This document shows, piece by piece, positions 18,905 to 27,323 of a stretch of DNA of 64,000 bases. The notes under the pieces were generated by a model that saw only the letters and a program-made list of their open reading frames with translations, was not told where the DNA came from and searched no databases. Position numbers and translations under genes: made by a program. The DNA is from an uncultured Verrucomicrobiae bacterium (lineage in GTDB: Bacteria; Verrucomicrobiota; Verrucomicrobiia; Opitutales; JABDGR01). The stretch covers positions 530,590-594,589 of the forward strand of contig CAVXVB010000009.1 of the NCBI GenBank assembly GCA_963765205.1. The letters are read 5' to 3'. Each line of letters opens with the position of its first letter. The stretch's first letter is position 1.

Positions 18905-20297
18905 ATGCCCATGATATCGCTTGAACAGATTAACCTACCTGACTTCGGCAAACCGGCCGCGCTGCCGGCCATCAGCGCCGCAGAGTATGGAGAGCGTCTG
19001 GGCCGGATGATGGAGCGGATGCAAAAGGAAAAGCTCGACGTGGTGGTGATTTACGCGGATCGCGAACATTTCGGCCAACCTGAACTACCTGATCGGGTTC
19101 GACCCGCGATTTGAGGAAGCTTTGCTGCTGTTGGACACGAAAGGTGGGCGGCTCCTGCTCGTGGGAAACGAGTGCATGGGTTGCTTGCCGGAGGCCGCGC
19201 GTGGGTGCCGGGTCAAGTTGTTCCAAGAGTTCAGCCTGATGGGGCAGCCGCGGGATGGGTCGGCGTCGCTGAATATGTTGCTCGCGGATTTCGGCCTCGG
19301 CCGCGGCGTCAGGGTTGGATGCGTGGGATGGAAATTTTTTGCCGGGGCGAACATCGAGCACCCGCGCACAGCCCTTGAAATCCCGAGCTATATCGTGGAT
19401 GCGCTGCGCGCCCTGGTCGGCGATCCGGCCCAGGTGGTCAATGCCAATTCACTTTTGATGTCGGCTGAAAACGGGCTGCGGCTGTTCAACTCAGCGGACC
19501 AGATTGCCCGGTTCGAATATGCGGCGGCGTATGTTTCCACAAGTGTCCGCGAGGCGCTGGCAGCGCTGCGGGTGGGCATCGCGGAAAAGGACGTGGCCCG
19601 CCATATTGACTGCGGCGGGTTGCCGCTGTCCTGCCACCCGATGGTCAGCTTTGGCGAGAAGGCGCGTCGCGGACTTGCTAGCCCTTCAGACCGCCGGGCG
19701 CAATTGGGTGATGCGTTTACGATGGCCTTTGGCATTGAAGGAGCATTGACGGCGCGAGCGGGCGTAATTGCATCCGGGCCAGACGAACTCGGCGCGGAGT
19801 TACGGGATTTCTACCCGCGGTTGGTGGCCAATTATTTCGAAGTGGTCGTGGCCTGGTATGAAGCGATGAAAGTCGGCGCGGTGGCCGGAGACGTGTTCGC
19901 CGCCGTCGAAACAGCCCGCGCGCCCGCGTTGTTTTCATTCGCCCTTAACCCGGGGCACTACATTCACCTCGACGAGTGGGTGCATTCGCCGTTTGCCCGG
20001 GGCAGCCGCGTGGTGTTGCTGTCCGGCATGGCTTTGCAGTCGGACATCATTCCTGTTTCAGCCGGGCCATTCTGCTGCAGCAATGCGGAGGACGGAGTTG
20101 CGCTAGCCGATGAGGTGTTGTGCGCCGAGCTGGCCGCGTGCCATCCCGACTGCTGGCGCAGGATTGCCGCCCGGCGGCAGTTCATGCGCGAAGTGCTGGG
20201 GATCAAGTTACATGACAGCGTGCTGCCCTTGAGCAACACTCCGGCCTGGCTGGCACCGTATGCATTAGCGCCGGGACTGGTGCTGCGGGTGGGCTGA
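18905..20297 (+). pseudogene. M24-family (creatinase/prolidase-fold) peptidase with a +1 frame break
   Basis: ORF 18767..19114 (VVVIYADREH) continues as SANLNYLIGFDPRFEEALLLLDTKGG in the frame of ORF 19122..20297 if one T of TTT 19069-19071 is skipped. Confidence 0.7.
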
Positions 20298-20400
20298 GAC
20301 TGGTTGCGGCGGAGCGTTTTGCCGGCGCAAGCCGGGCCATGGCAAGGAAATTGATTTGTTTAGAATTGGGATTATAGAGATTAAAAATCCAACTCGATTA

Positions 20401-21036
20401 TTATAATGGGCCATCCTTCAAATACCATTTGCCGTTGATTTTGATAAAAGTAACGGGGTCCGCGTTGCCGCCGACCGCAAAGCCCCCATCAGTTGACGGG
20501 ATAATTCCCTGTTTCAAATAAGTGGCTTCGTTGCCCGTGTCGTTAAAAGTCGGGGTCTGGTATTCAAGGGCTTCCCAAGACCGTGCAATCGTGTCGCGAA
20601 GTTGTTGCACAGACTGTTGCATTTCCGAAATCTGGGCACTTCGCTCGTCGTCATCCTGCATTGCTTGATAGAGAACGGGTTCAAATTTGTCCGGCGGGGC
20701 GTAAATTCTATAGGCCTCGGCCTGATTGCCAGCCCGATGCAAACGCGCAACGTCCGCGAGAGAGGTTTTCAAATCCGCCTGAGGGTCTGCTTCAGCAGCC
20801 AAAGTCGGTGTGGCGGCGACTGGCACGGCGTCGGGTTTCGGCATGGGCGGCACAACGGGTGGGGCAATCGTCTGAGGCGCGACATGCTTGGGGGTAGCAT
20901 CAGCCTTACCCAGCGTCGGCGCTTCTGCTGTCCTTTCTGGGGCAGCCACCGTAGGCCAAGTGCCCCACCAGATACCGAGGCAAACGATAACTACGGCAAC
21001 GATGACAGTGACCAAGATGAAGTTTTTCGGCTTCAT
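20401..21036 (-). CDS. membrane-anchored Pro-rich protein, unknown function (paralog of 44456..45080)
   Basis: MKPKNFIL plus a TM segment, a Pro/Ala-rich linker, and a C-terminal domain ending PVTFIKINGKWYLK. Confidence 0.6.
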   Translation of the reverse strand: MKPKNFILVTVIVAVVIVCLGIWWGTWPTVAAPERTAEAPTLGKADATPKHVAPQTIAPPVVPPMPKPDAVPVAATPTLAAEADPQADLKTSLADVARLHRAGNQAEAYRIYAPPDKFEPVLYQAMQDDDERSAQISEMQQSVQQLRDTIARSWEALEYQTPTFNDTGNEATYLKQGIIPSTDGGFAVGGNADPVTFIKINGKWYLKDGPL

Positions 21037-21140
21037 GGGGCCTTTTCTAATCCCTTTTGATTGAGGAACGCAAACACTTCCAAATCTCCGGCGACGTGAG
21101 ATGGCGCCGGGGTTTCGCAGAAAACTTTAAACCACCAGGA

Positions 21141-22043
21141 TTATTTTGTGACCAAAAACTTGCGGTCGCGCAGCCAGCCGTAAAACATTTGCGGCCATTC
21201 CGCCCGGACATCCGTATAGGAGGGACGCAGGCCGAAGCCGTGGCCGATGCCCGCGAGGATGTGCAAATCCACGGGTACGCCGGCTTTTTTAAACAGCAGG
21301 TAAACATTGGGCAGGCCTTCGGAGATGTCGGGCCGGTCGGCGCCGCCACACAGGAGAAAGGCCGGGGGCGAGTCTTTATCCGGCTGGATGGCTTTGGAAT
21401 TGCCGGGGTAGAACAAGCCTTGGAAGGCCGGCTTGGTGCCCTGGCGCTCAATCGGGTCGGGGTCGTCGGGCTTGCCATTATCATAGCGCATCGAAATCAT
21501 CGCGGCGAGTTCCCCGCCCGCGGAAAAACCCATCACGCCGAGGCGCGCCGGGTCAATTTCCCAGTCTGCCGCCCGGGAGCGCACGAGGCGCATGGCGCGG
21601 GCAACGTTGTTGTATTCGTCTTTTTCCACAGTGTAGGGTTGGCCGGTGTCCTCCGTGGGTCGGGTGGCGCGCGGGGCCAGGCGGGCCAGGCGGTTTTTCA
21701 ACACAAACGCCGAAATGCCGTGGTCGGCCAGCCATTGCGCGACGTAGCAGCCTTCGGAGTCGAACGACAACTGGTAGTGTCCACCGCCCGGCATTACGAT
21801 CACACCCGCGCCGGTGGCTTTATCCTTGGCGGGCAGAAAAATAGTCAGGCTGGGAAAATTCACATTGGTGATGACGCGTTCGCCAGTACGGGCGTCCGTG
21901 GCGACTTTTTCCGGGGAAGTGTTGCCTTCAGAGCCGGGGGCGCCGTTGGGCCACAATAAAACAACGGGCGGGGCGTCCGCGGCGCGAACGTTCAACAGGA
22001 GCAAAGCCAGGGCGGCGAATAACAAAGCGGGGGTTTTTTTCAT
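21141..22043 (-). CDS. secreted alpha/beta hydrolase (esterase)
   Basis: Signal peptide MKKTPALLFAALALLLLNVRA. Oxyanion-region MPGGGH, nucleophile elbow GFSAGG, and a C-terminal GHGF. Confidence 0.8.
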   Translation of the reverse strand: MKKTPALLFAALALLLLNVRAADAPPVVLLWPNGAPGSEGNTSPEKVATDARTGERVITNVNFPSLTIFLPAKDKATGAGVIVMPGGGHYQLSFDSEGCYVAQWLADHGISAFVLKNRLARLAPRATRPTEDTGQPYTVEKDEYNNVARAMRLVRSRAADWEIDPARLGVMGFSAGGELAAMISMRYDNGKPDDPDPIERQGTKPAFQGLFYPGNSKAIQPDKDSPPAFLLCGGADRPDISEGLPNVYLLFKKAGVPVDLHILAGIGHGFGLRPSYTDVRAEWPQMFYGWLRDRKFLVTK

Positions 22044-22138
22044 GGGGGTGGTAGGGTAGAGCGGTATGTTCCAAATCAACCGGGCGCGCTGCAATACCTA
22101 TTTTAACGCTCATTCGGCGTAGTCATGGCGCATCTGGA

Positions 22139-22807
22139 TTGCCGGCCCAGCAGTTGGTTTGCCTGGGAAATCTTGCGAAAAACGCCGGTTGTTCAACCTT
22201 CTTGCCTTTGCCCCATATTCGCATACCGTTTTCTGAATCGGACCCAAACACCAACGAGGTGCTGGACATCTTTAAAAAGACGGGCGCGCTGCTCGAGGGG
22301 CACTTTGTCCTCCGCTCGGGGTTGCACAGCGGGCACTACTTTCAGTGTGCCCAAGTGTGCCAGAGCATGGAAGCCGTCACACGGTTATGCCAGATGCTGT
22401 TGGCGAAATTCGGGCGGGAGGACTTTGCCACGGTATTGGCGCCGGCGATGGGCGGACTCGTTCTCGGACAGGAAGTTGCCCGCCAGGCGAACAAGCGTTT
22501 TTTGTTTGCCGAGAAGGTGGACGACAAACTGGCATTGCGCCGTAATTTTAAATTTGCGCCGGGCGAGCGCGTGCTCGTGGTCGAGGATGTCATCACCCGT
22601 GGCGGGCGCGTGCAGGAATGTCTCGACTTGATCACCCAGGCCGGTGCCACGCCCGTCGGTGTGCTGGTGCTCGTGGATCGCAGCGAGGGGCAGGCCCGCT
22701 TTTCCATCCCGCACGTCTCGCTCCTCGAAATGAGTTTCCCCACCTATGCGCCCAACCAACTCCCGCCCGCGCTCGCCGCGCGGCCGGTGCAAAAACCGGG
22801 CAGTTGA
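22139..22807 (+). CDS. pyrE: orotate phosphoribosyltransferase
   Basis: GALLEGHFVLRSGLHSGHYFQ and the PRPP loop VLVVEDVITRGG. The start is uncertain: TTG at 22139, possibly a downstream GTG. Confidence 0.9.
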   Translation: MPAQQLVCLGNLAKNAGCSTFLPLPHIRIPFSESDPNTNEVLDIFKKTGALLEGHFVLRSGLHSGHYFQCAQVCQSMEAVTRLCQMLLAKFGREDFATVLAPAMGGLVLGQEVARQANKRFLFAEKVDDKLALRRNFKFAPGERVLVVEDVITRGGRVQECLDLITQAGATPVGVLVLVDRSEGQARFSIPHVSLLEMSFPTYAPNQLPPALAARPVQKPGS

Positions 22808-22810
22808 TCC

Positions 22811-23674
22811 ATGTTCAAACAAATCACCATTCTCGGCCCCGGTCTGCTGGGCGCTTCGCTGCTGCAGGCGGCGAAGGGCCGCGGCCTCTGCGAGCGCACG
22901 GCCGCCTGGTCGCGCCGCGCCGAAACCCGCGCCAAGTGCGAGGGCCAGCCGTGGTGCGACGCTGTTTTTGCCGACGCGGGCAAAGCAGTGGCCAAAGCGG
23001 ACTTTGTGGTTGTTTGCACGCCGGTGGATACCATCGTGCCGCTGCTGGGCGAAATTGCGTCCATGCTGAAGAAAGGCGCGCTGGTGACGGATGTCGGCTC
23101 GACTAAAAGCCTCATTTGCCGGCTGGGCCGCGCCGCGCTGCCGAAAAAAGTCGCGTTCGTCGGCTCGCACCCGATGGCTGGCTCGGAGAAAGGCGGCCTC
23201 GAACACGCTGACCCCGAGCTATTCCAAGGCCGCGCCTGTTTTGTCACCCCGCTGGTGGACACGCCAGCTAAGGACGTGGACCGCGTGACGCGTTTTTGGA
23301 AGGCGCTCGGTATGGAAGTCTCCACCACCACGCCGGAAACGCATGACGAAATCGCCGCGCACCTGAGCCATCTGCCACATTTGCTCGCCGCCGCTTTTTG
23401 TGCCTACCTCGGTACGCGCGACCCGCACTGGATCCATTTCGCCGGGCCGGGCCTGCGCGACACCACGCGCGTCGCCGCCGGCGACCCGGCGCTGTGGAAA
23501 GCCATCGCCCTCGAAAACCGCGAAGAGATTCTGCGCGCCCTCGATGGTTTTCAAAAGGAAGTGGACCACCTGCGCGCCGCCCTGCACAACGCGCAACCAT
23601 TTGCACTCCAGCACCTCCTCGAACGCGGCCGCGACTACCGCGTGCGCCTGCGGCCCCTCGGGGGGAAAGGATGA
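22811..23674 (+). CDS. tyrA: prephenate/arogenate dehydrogenase
   Basis: ITILGPGLLGASL (NAD-binding site) and VGSHPMAGSEKGG. The stop TGA at 23672-23674 lies inside the repeat arm. Confidence 0.9.
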   Translation: MFKQITILGPGLLGASLLQAAKGRGLCERTAAWSRRAETRAKCEGQPWCDAVFADAGKAVAKADFVVVCTPVDTIVPLLGEIASMLKKGALVTDVGSTKSLICRLGRAALPKKVAFVGSHPMAGSEKGGLEHADPELFQGRACFVTPLVDTPAKDVDRVTRFWKALGMEVSTTTPETHDEIAAHLSHLPHLLAAAFCAYLGTRDPHWIHFAGPGLRDTTRVAAGDPALWKAIALENREEILRALDGFQKEVDHLRAALHNAQPFALQHLLERGRDYRVRLRPLGGKG

Positions 23675-23856
23675 AGGATGAGGGATGAAGGATAATAAAG
23701 CCTGCGTTGGCCGCCGCGCCCAACGCACCGCCCGCATTATCATAGAACACAATCGCTGATGATTACGGGAACTTTTCATCCTTCATAATTCATCCTTCAT
23801 CCCTCATCCTTCATCCCTCATCCCTCATCCCTCATCCCTCATCCTTCATCCTTTCC
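23664..23856. repeat. perfect 25-bp inverted repeat plus heptamer tandem array (TCATCCY x11)
   Basis: GGAAAGGATGAAGGATGAGGGATGA (23664-23688) is the exact reverse complement of 23832-23856. The right arm extends as 11 heptads from 23776-23852. Confidence 0.95.
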
Positions 23857-25212
23857 GTGAAAGACCCCCTCTCCATTACCCCCTTCACCGCGCCCGTGCG
23901 CGGCGCGGTGGAGCTGCCCGGCTCGAAAAGCGTCACGAACCGCGCGCTCATTCTCGCCGCGTTGTGCCGCGACCCGGTGACGCTGCGTTACGCGCTGTTC
24001 AGCCGCGACACGGAAATTATGGTGAAGGCCCTTCGCGCGCTGGGCTTCAAAATCACCACCAGCGAAAAAACGCACCGCATCCGCGTCGAGGGCCGCGGTG
24101 GGATGATTCCCAAGGCGAAGGCCGCGATCCACGTCGGCAACGCCGGCACCGCCGCGCGCTTTTTGCCCGCGGCCTTGTGCCTGAAAAAACGCGGACACTA
24201 CATTTTTGATGGCGACGAAGCCATGCGCGAGCGTCCCATGAAGGGCCTGCTCGACGCCTTGCGGCGCCTCGGCGCGGACCTCGAATTCAAGGGACAGCCC
24301 GATCATTTTCCCTTTGTGCTGCACACGCACGGCATGTCCGGCGGAACAGTCGAGGTGGACGCCTCGGCCTCGTCGCAGATTCTGTCGGCGATGATGATTG
24401 CGGCTGCGTGGGCCAAGGGCCACCTTGAGTTGCACCGCCTCGGCCCGATGGTCTCGGAGCCGTTCATTCTGATGACGGCCAAGATGATTCCGCGTTTCAA
24501 CCGCGGCTTTGTACCCGACATTGACGCGCCGGGGTTCAATGAGTTTTACCATGTCGAGCCGGACGCGACGGCGGCCAGTTATTTCGTCATGCTTCCGCTG
24601 GCCGCGCCGGGCGCCGCGCCGGGCTACCAAATCACCGGCCTCGGCGAGAACACCACTCTGCAGGGCGACCTGGCCTTTCTTACCGTCGCGCAAGCGGTGG
24701 GCCTGCACATCGCCAAAAAAGCCTATCACACGGAAATCACCGCCGGCACCGGCGCGCGCGGCGTCACGCAAAATTTTAATCCGTTTTCCGACACGTTTTT
24801 AACTCTCGCCGCCATGGCGCCGTTGCTCGAAGGCCCGACGCGCATCACCGGCATCGCGCACACGCGCAAGCAGGAGACCGACCGCGTGCTGGCGATGGCG
24901 ACGGAGCTGAAAAAGCTCGGCCAGGAGGTCGAGGAATTCGAGGACGGCCTGGCAATTACGCCGAATCTGGAAAAACTGCGCGCGCTCGCGGCCCAAGGCG
25001 TGAAGAAGAGGAAATTACTCAGCATCGAGACCTACGACGACCATCGCGTCGCGATGAGCTTTGGGGTTCTCGGCTGCCGCGATTTGCTCGGCACCGGCAA
25101 ACCCTGGCTGGAAATCCAACACCCCGCCTGCTGTGGCAAAACCTTCCCCAAGTTTTTCGAGACCCTCGATGACTTGCGAAAACAATCCAAAAATTGTCCA
25201 CGCCGATTATAA
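23857..25212 (+). CDS. aroA: 3-phosphoshikimate 1-carboxyvinyltransferase (EPSP synthase)
   Basis: LPGSKSVTNRALILAAL, NAGTAARFL and RKQETDRV. The GTG start immediately follows the repeat. Confidence 0.95.
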   Translation: MKDPLSITPFTAPVRGAVELPGSKSVTNRALILAALCRDPVTLRYALFSRDTEIMVKALRALGFKITTSEKTHRIRVEGRGGMIPKAKAAIHVGNAGTAARFLPAALCLKKRGHYIFDGDEAMRERPMKGLLDALRRLGADLEFKGQPDHFPFVLHTHGMSGGTVEVDASASSQILSAMMIAAAWAKGHLELHRLGPMVSEPFILMTAKMIPRFNRGFVPDIDAPGFNEFYHVEPDATAASYFVMLPLAAPGAAPGYQITGLGENTTLQGDLAFLTVAQAVGLHIAKKAYHTEITAGTGARGVTQNFNPFSDTFLTLAAMAPLLEGPTRITGIAHTRKQETDRVLAMATELKKLGQEVEEFEDGLAITPNLEKLRALAAQGVKKRKLLSIETYDDHRVAMSFGVLGCRDLLGTGKPWLEIQHPACCGKTFPKFFETLDDLRKQSKNCPRRL

Positions 25213-25266
25213 ACCCCGCCCAAAATAGGTTTTGACCATCCAGGCTTTTTGCGTAAAGTTGGCTGT

Positions 25267-25623
25267 ATGAGCTTCATGTTATTCTTGCTCGTGTTGATGG
25301 CGCTGCTGGTCATTTGCCTTGTGGCTCTGCTGGCCGCCCTGCTGCATTGGGTGGTGCCCATGGTGGTGATGCTGGCCTTTCTGCTCTTCGGTCTGGCTTT
25401 GCTCGCCCTGTATCCCGGCTCGATTATCTGGGCGTATTTGGACGCCAAGGCCCGCGGCAAGCCCGGCTGGGCGCTGGCGCTGCTGGTGGCCTTGTCCCCC
25501 ATCTTGGCCTTGATTGGCTGGCCCTTGAGCCTCTTGGCGTGGGTCGTATTTCGCCCGGCCAAAACCTCCGCCGCCGGCAACCTCCCCGCCGGCGCTTATG
25601 GCAGCTCGCCCGCCCATCCTTGA
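25267..25623 (+). CDS. small polytopic membrane protein, unknown function
   Basis: About four hydrophobic helices. The 3' end overlaps the next gene. Confidence 0.45.
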   Translation: MSFMLFLLVLMALLVICLVALLAALLHWVVPMVVMLAFLLFGLALLALYPGSIIWAYLDAKARGKPGWALALLVALSPILALIGWPLSLLAWVVFRPAKTSAAGNLPAGAYGSSPAHP

Positions 25624-26419
25624 GACCGTGGAGACCGCACCCGGCCCTGCGGCAGCGCCGCTGATTGACCCGGCGGAACTCGCCCGCTGGATTTTTCACC
25701 AGGATGACGATGTCGTGGTCGTAAACAAACCTGGCTGGGTCGTGTGCCATCCCTCCAAGCATGGCCCGTGGTCGTCGCTGGTCGGAGCGTTGCGCGAACA
25801 TTTCGCCACCCCGACGCTGCATTTGGTCACGCGGCTCGACCGCGAAACGAGCGGCGTGGTCGTCGTCGCGCGGCATCCCCTGGCCGCGCGGCGTTACCAG
25901 ATGGCGATGCAAAACCGTCGCGTCGAAAAAACCTACCTCGCACTGCTCACCGGCGAGTTGGCCGCCGCCATCGAAGTAACTGCGCCACTGGCCCGCGACG
26001 AAAAAAGTGTGGTCGCCGTGATGCGCCGAGTGGCTATGCCGGGCGAAACAGGCGCGGAATCCGCCCGCACCCGCTTTGTGCCGCTGGCGGCGAAAAATGG
26101 TTTCACCCTCGCGCGCGTCGAGCCGATTACCGGCCGCACGCACCAAATCCGCGTCCATGCCGCGCACCTCGGCCACGCCGTGCTCGGCGACAAGCTTTAC
26201 GGGCCAGACCCGTCGCTCTATCTTGAATTTGCCAAGCAAGGCTGGACCCCGCGGCTGGCGGCAACGCTCCCCTTGCGGCGGCAAGCCCTGCACGCCGCGC
26301 GCGTGCGTTTCCTTGATGACGGCCTGGGCGACTTCACTGTGCCACCCCCGCCAGATCTAGCCGAATTCACCCGCGCTCAATTGGGCCTGGATTTGGCAGC
26401 GGCGTGGACGGATGATTAA
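25598..26419 (+). CDS. RluA-family pseudouridine synthase
   Basis: VVVNKPGWVVCHP, HLVTRLDRETSGVVVVA and GRTHQIRVH. Confidence 0.9.
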   Translation: MAARPPILETVETAPGPAAAPLIDPAELARWIFHQDDDVVVVNKPGWVVCHPSKHGPWSSLVGALREHFATPTLHLVTRLDRETSGVVVVARHPLAARRYQMAMQNRRVEKTYLALLTGELAAAIEVTAPLARDEKSVVAVMRRVAMPGETGAESARTRFVPLAAKNGFTLARVEPITGRTHQIRVHAAHLGHAVLGDKLYGPDPSLYLEFAKQGWTPRLAATLPLRRQALHAARVRFLDDGLGDFTVPPPPDLAEFTRAQLGLDLAAAWTDD

Positions 26420-26426
26420 AATAGGG

Positions 26427-26518
26427 GAAAACACGGAGGATACGGACAGAGTGAGCAGTTTGGGTTTCGAGTTTGGAGTTGAACTCCCGCTGGGTTCTCC
26501 TTGTGTTCTGTGGTTTAC
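26427..26518. repeat. degenerate member of the tandem-oligomer hairpin family
   Basis: The left arm has CACGGAGGA/TACGGACAG units. The right arm ends CTGTGGTTTAC. Only about 10 bp can pair (including G-U) and the register is ambiguous. It abuts ATG 26524. Confidence 0.5.
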
Positions 26519-26523
26519 TTGTC

Positions 26524-27081
26524 ATGTCATCAAATCAGCCTGCCGCTTACGGCCCGGATATCGCGTCTTTGTTAACCGGCGTTGCCCCGGCCCCGCTGGA
26601 CATGGGCCGGCCCGAGGAAAAATTCCGTGCGGCCTTGGCGGCACTCACGCCGGAAGGCATTTTTGCAACCCTACGCAAGCCTGTCCGCGATGCGCGCATG
26701 GCGCGGTGCTGCCTCGCCGGGCTGTGGCTGCGGCATAATTTTTTCGACGAGTCGCACGCGCTTTCGCAGGAAATTGAAACGCCGAGCGGCAGCTTCTGGC
26801 ACGCGATTCTGCACCGCCGCGAGCCGGACTACGGCAATGCCGGCTACTGGTTCCGGCGCGTCGGCGCGCACCCGATTTATCCCGCGCTGAACGCCGCGGC
26901 CATCGCCTCGGGCTGGCCGAAATCGGCGCGGTGGGATCCGTTGGTGTTTGTGAACCAAGTCGAAGAAGCCATCGGCAAAGGGACCGAAAATTCCACCACA
27001 AAACTATGCGTGCAAGTTCAACAACTCGAATGGGAATTATTGTTCGAGTATTGTTGGAAGCAGGCGATCGGCGCGAATTGA
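26524..27081 (+). CDS. conserved hypothetical protein
   Basis: 186 aa from the internal ATG. SFWHAILHRREPDYGNAGYWF is a motif of an uncharacterised family. Confidence 0.5.
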   Translation: MSSNQPAAYGPDIASLLTGVAPAPLDMGRPEEKFRAALAALTPEGIFATLRKPVRDARMARCCLAGLWLRHNFFDESHALSQEIETPSGSFWHAILHRREPDYGNAGYWFRRVGAHPIYPALNAAAIASGWPKSARWDPLVFVNQVEEAIGKGTENSTTKLCVQVQQLEWELLFEYCWKQAIGAN

Positions 27082-27291
27082 TTTGTCGGTTTATGGTGGA
27101 GTTCACCGCCAAGGCGCGGAGAACGCAAAGAAAGATTTTGGCAAGTGGTTTAGCCAATCCATTTTGTGCTGCTCGATAGACATATTTTGCTGGTCATAGC
27201 GGACAAATAGTGTCATATCTCAAAACAACGGGCAAGGAATGTAAATGTTATCTTATTGCCTTTCAATAAGTAACGAAAATACCGGCAAAAT

Positions 27292-27307
27292 TGGCACGTT
27301 CCGTGTT
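27292..27307 (+). promoter_or_regulatory. sigma-54-like -24/-12 element (weak -12)
   Basis: TGGCACG-TTCC-GTGTT versus the consensus TGGCACG-N4-TTGCW. It lies 17 nt upstream of the DUF2339 ATG at 27324. Confidence 0.3.
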
Positions 27308-27323
27308 ATCTACTTCTCGCAAC

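Noticed and set aside
21119-21132. TTTAAACCACCAGG resembling the AACCAC terminus of the hairpin family.
   Set aside because: There is no partner arm. The motif sits just 3' of the stop codon of the hydrolase gene and is probably coincidental.
23776-23852. Possible CRISPR array.
   Set aside because: These are contiguous 7-nt tandem units with no spacers, and no cas genes are present in the window.
26795-26812. TGGCACG-N5-CTGC sigma-54-like site.
   Set aside because: It lies inside a coding region, and the spacing is one nucleotide too long.
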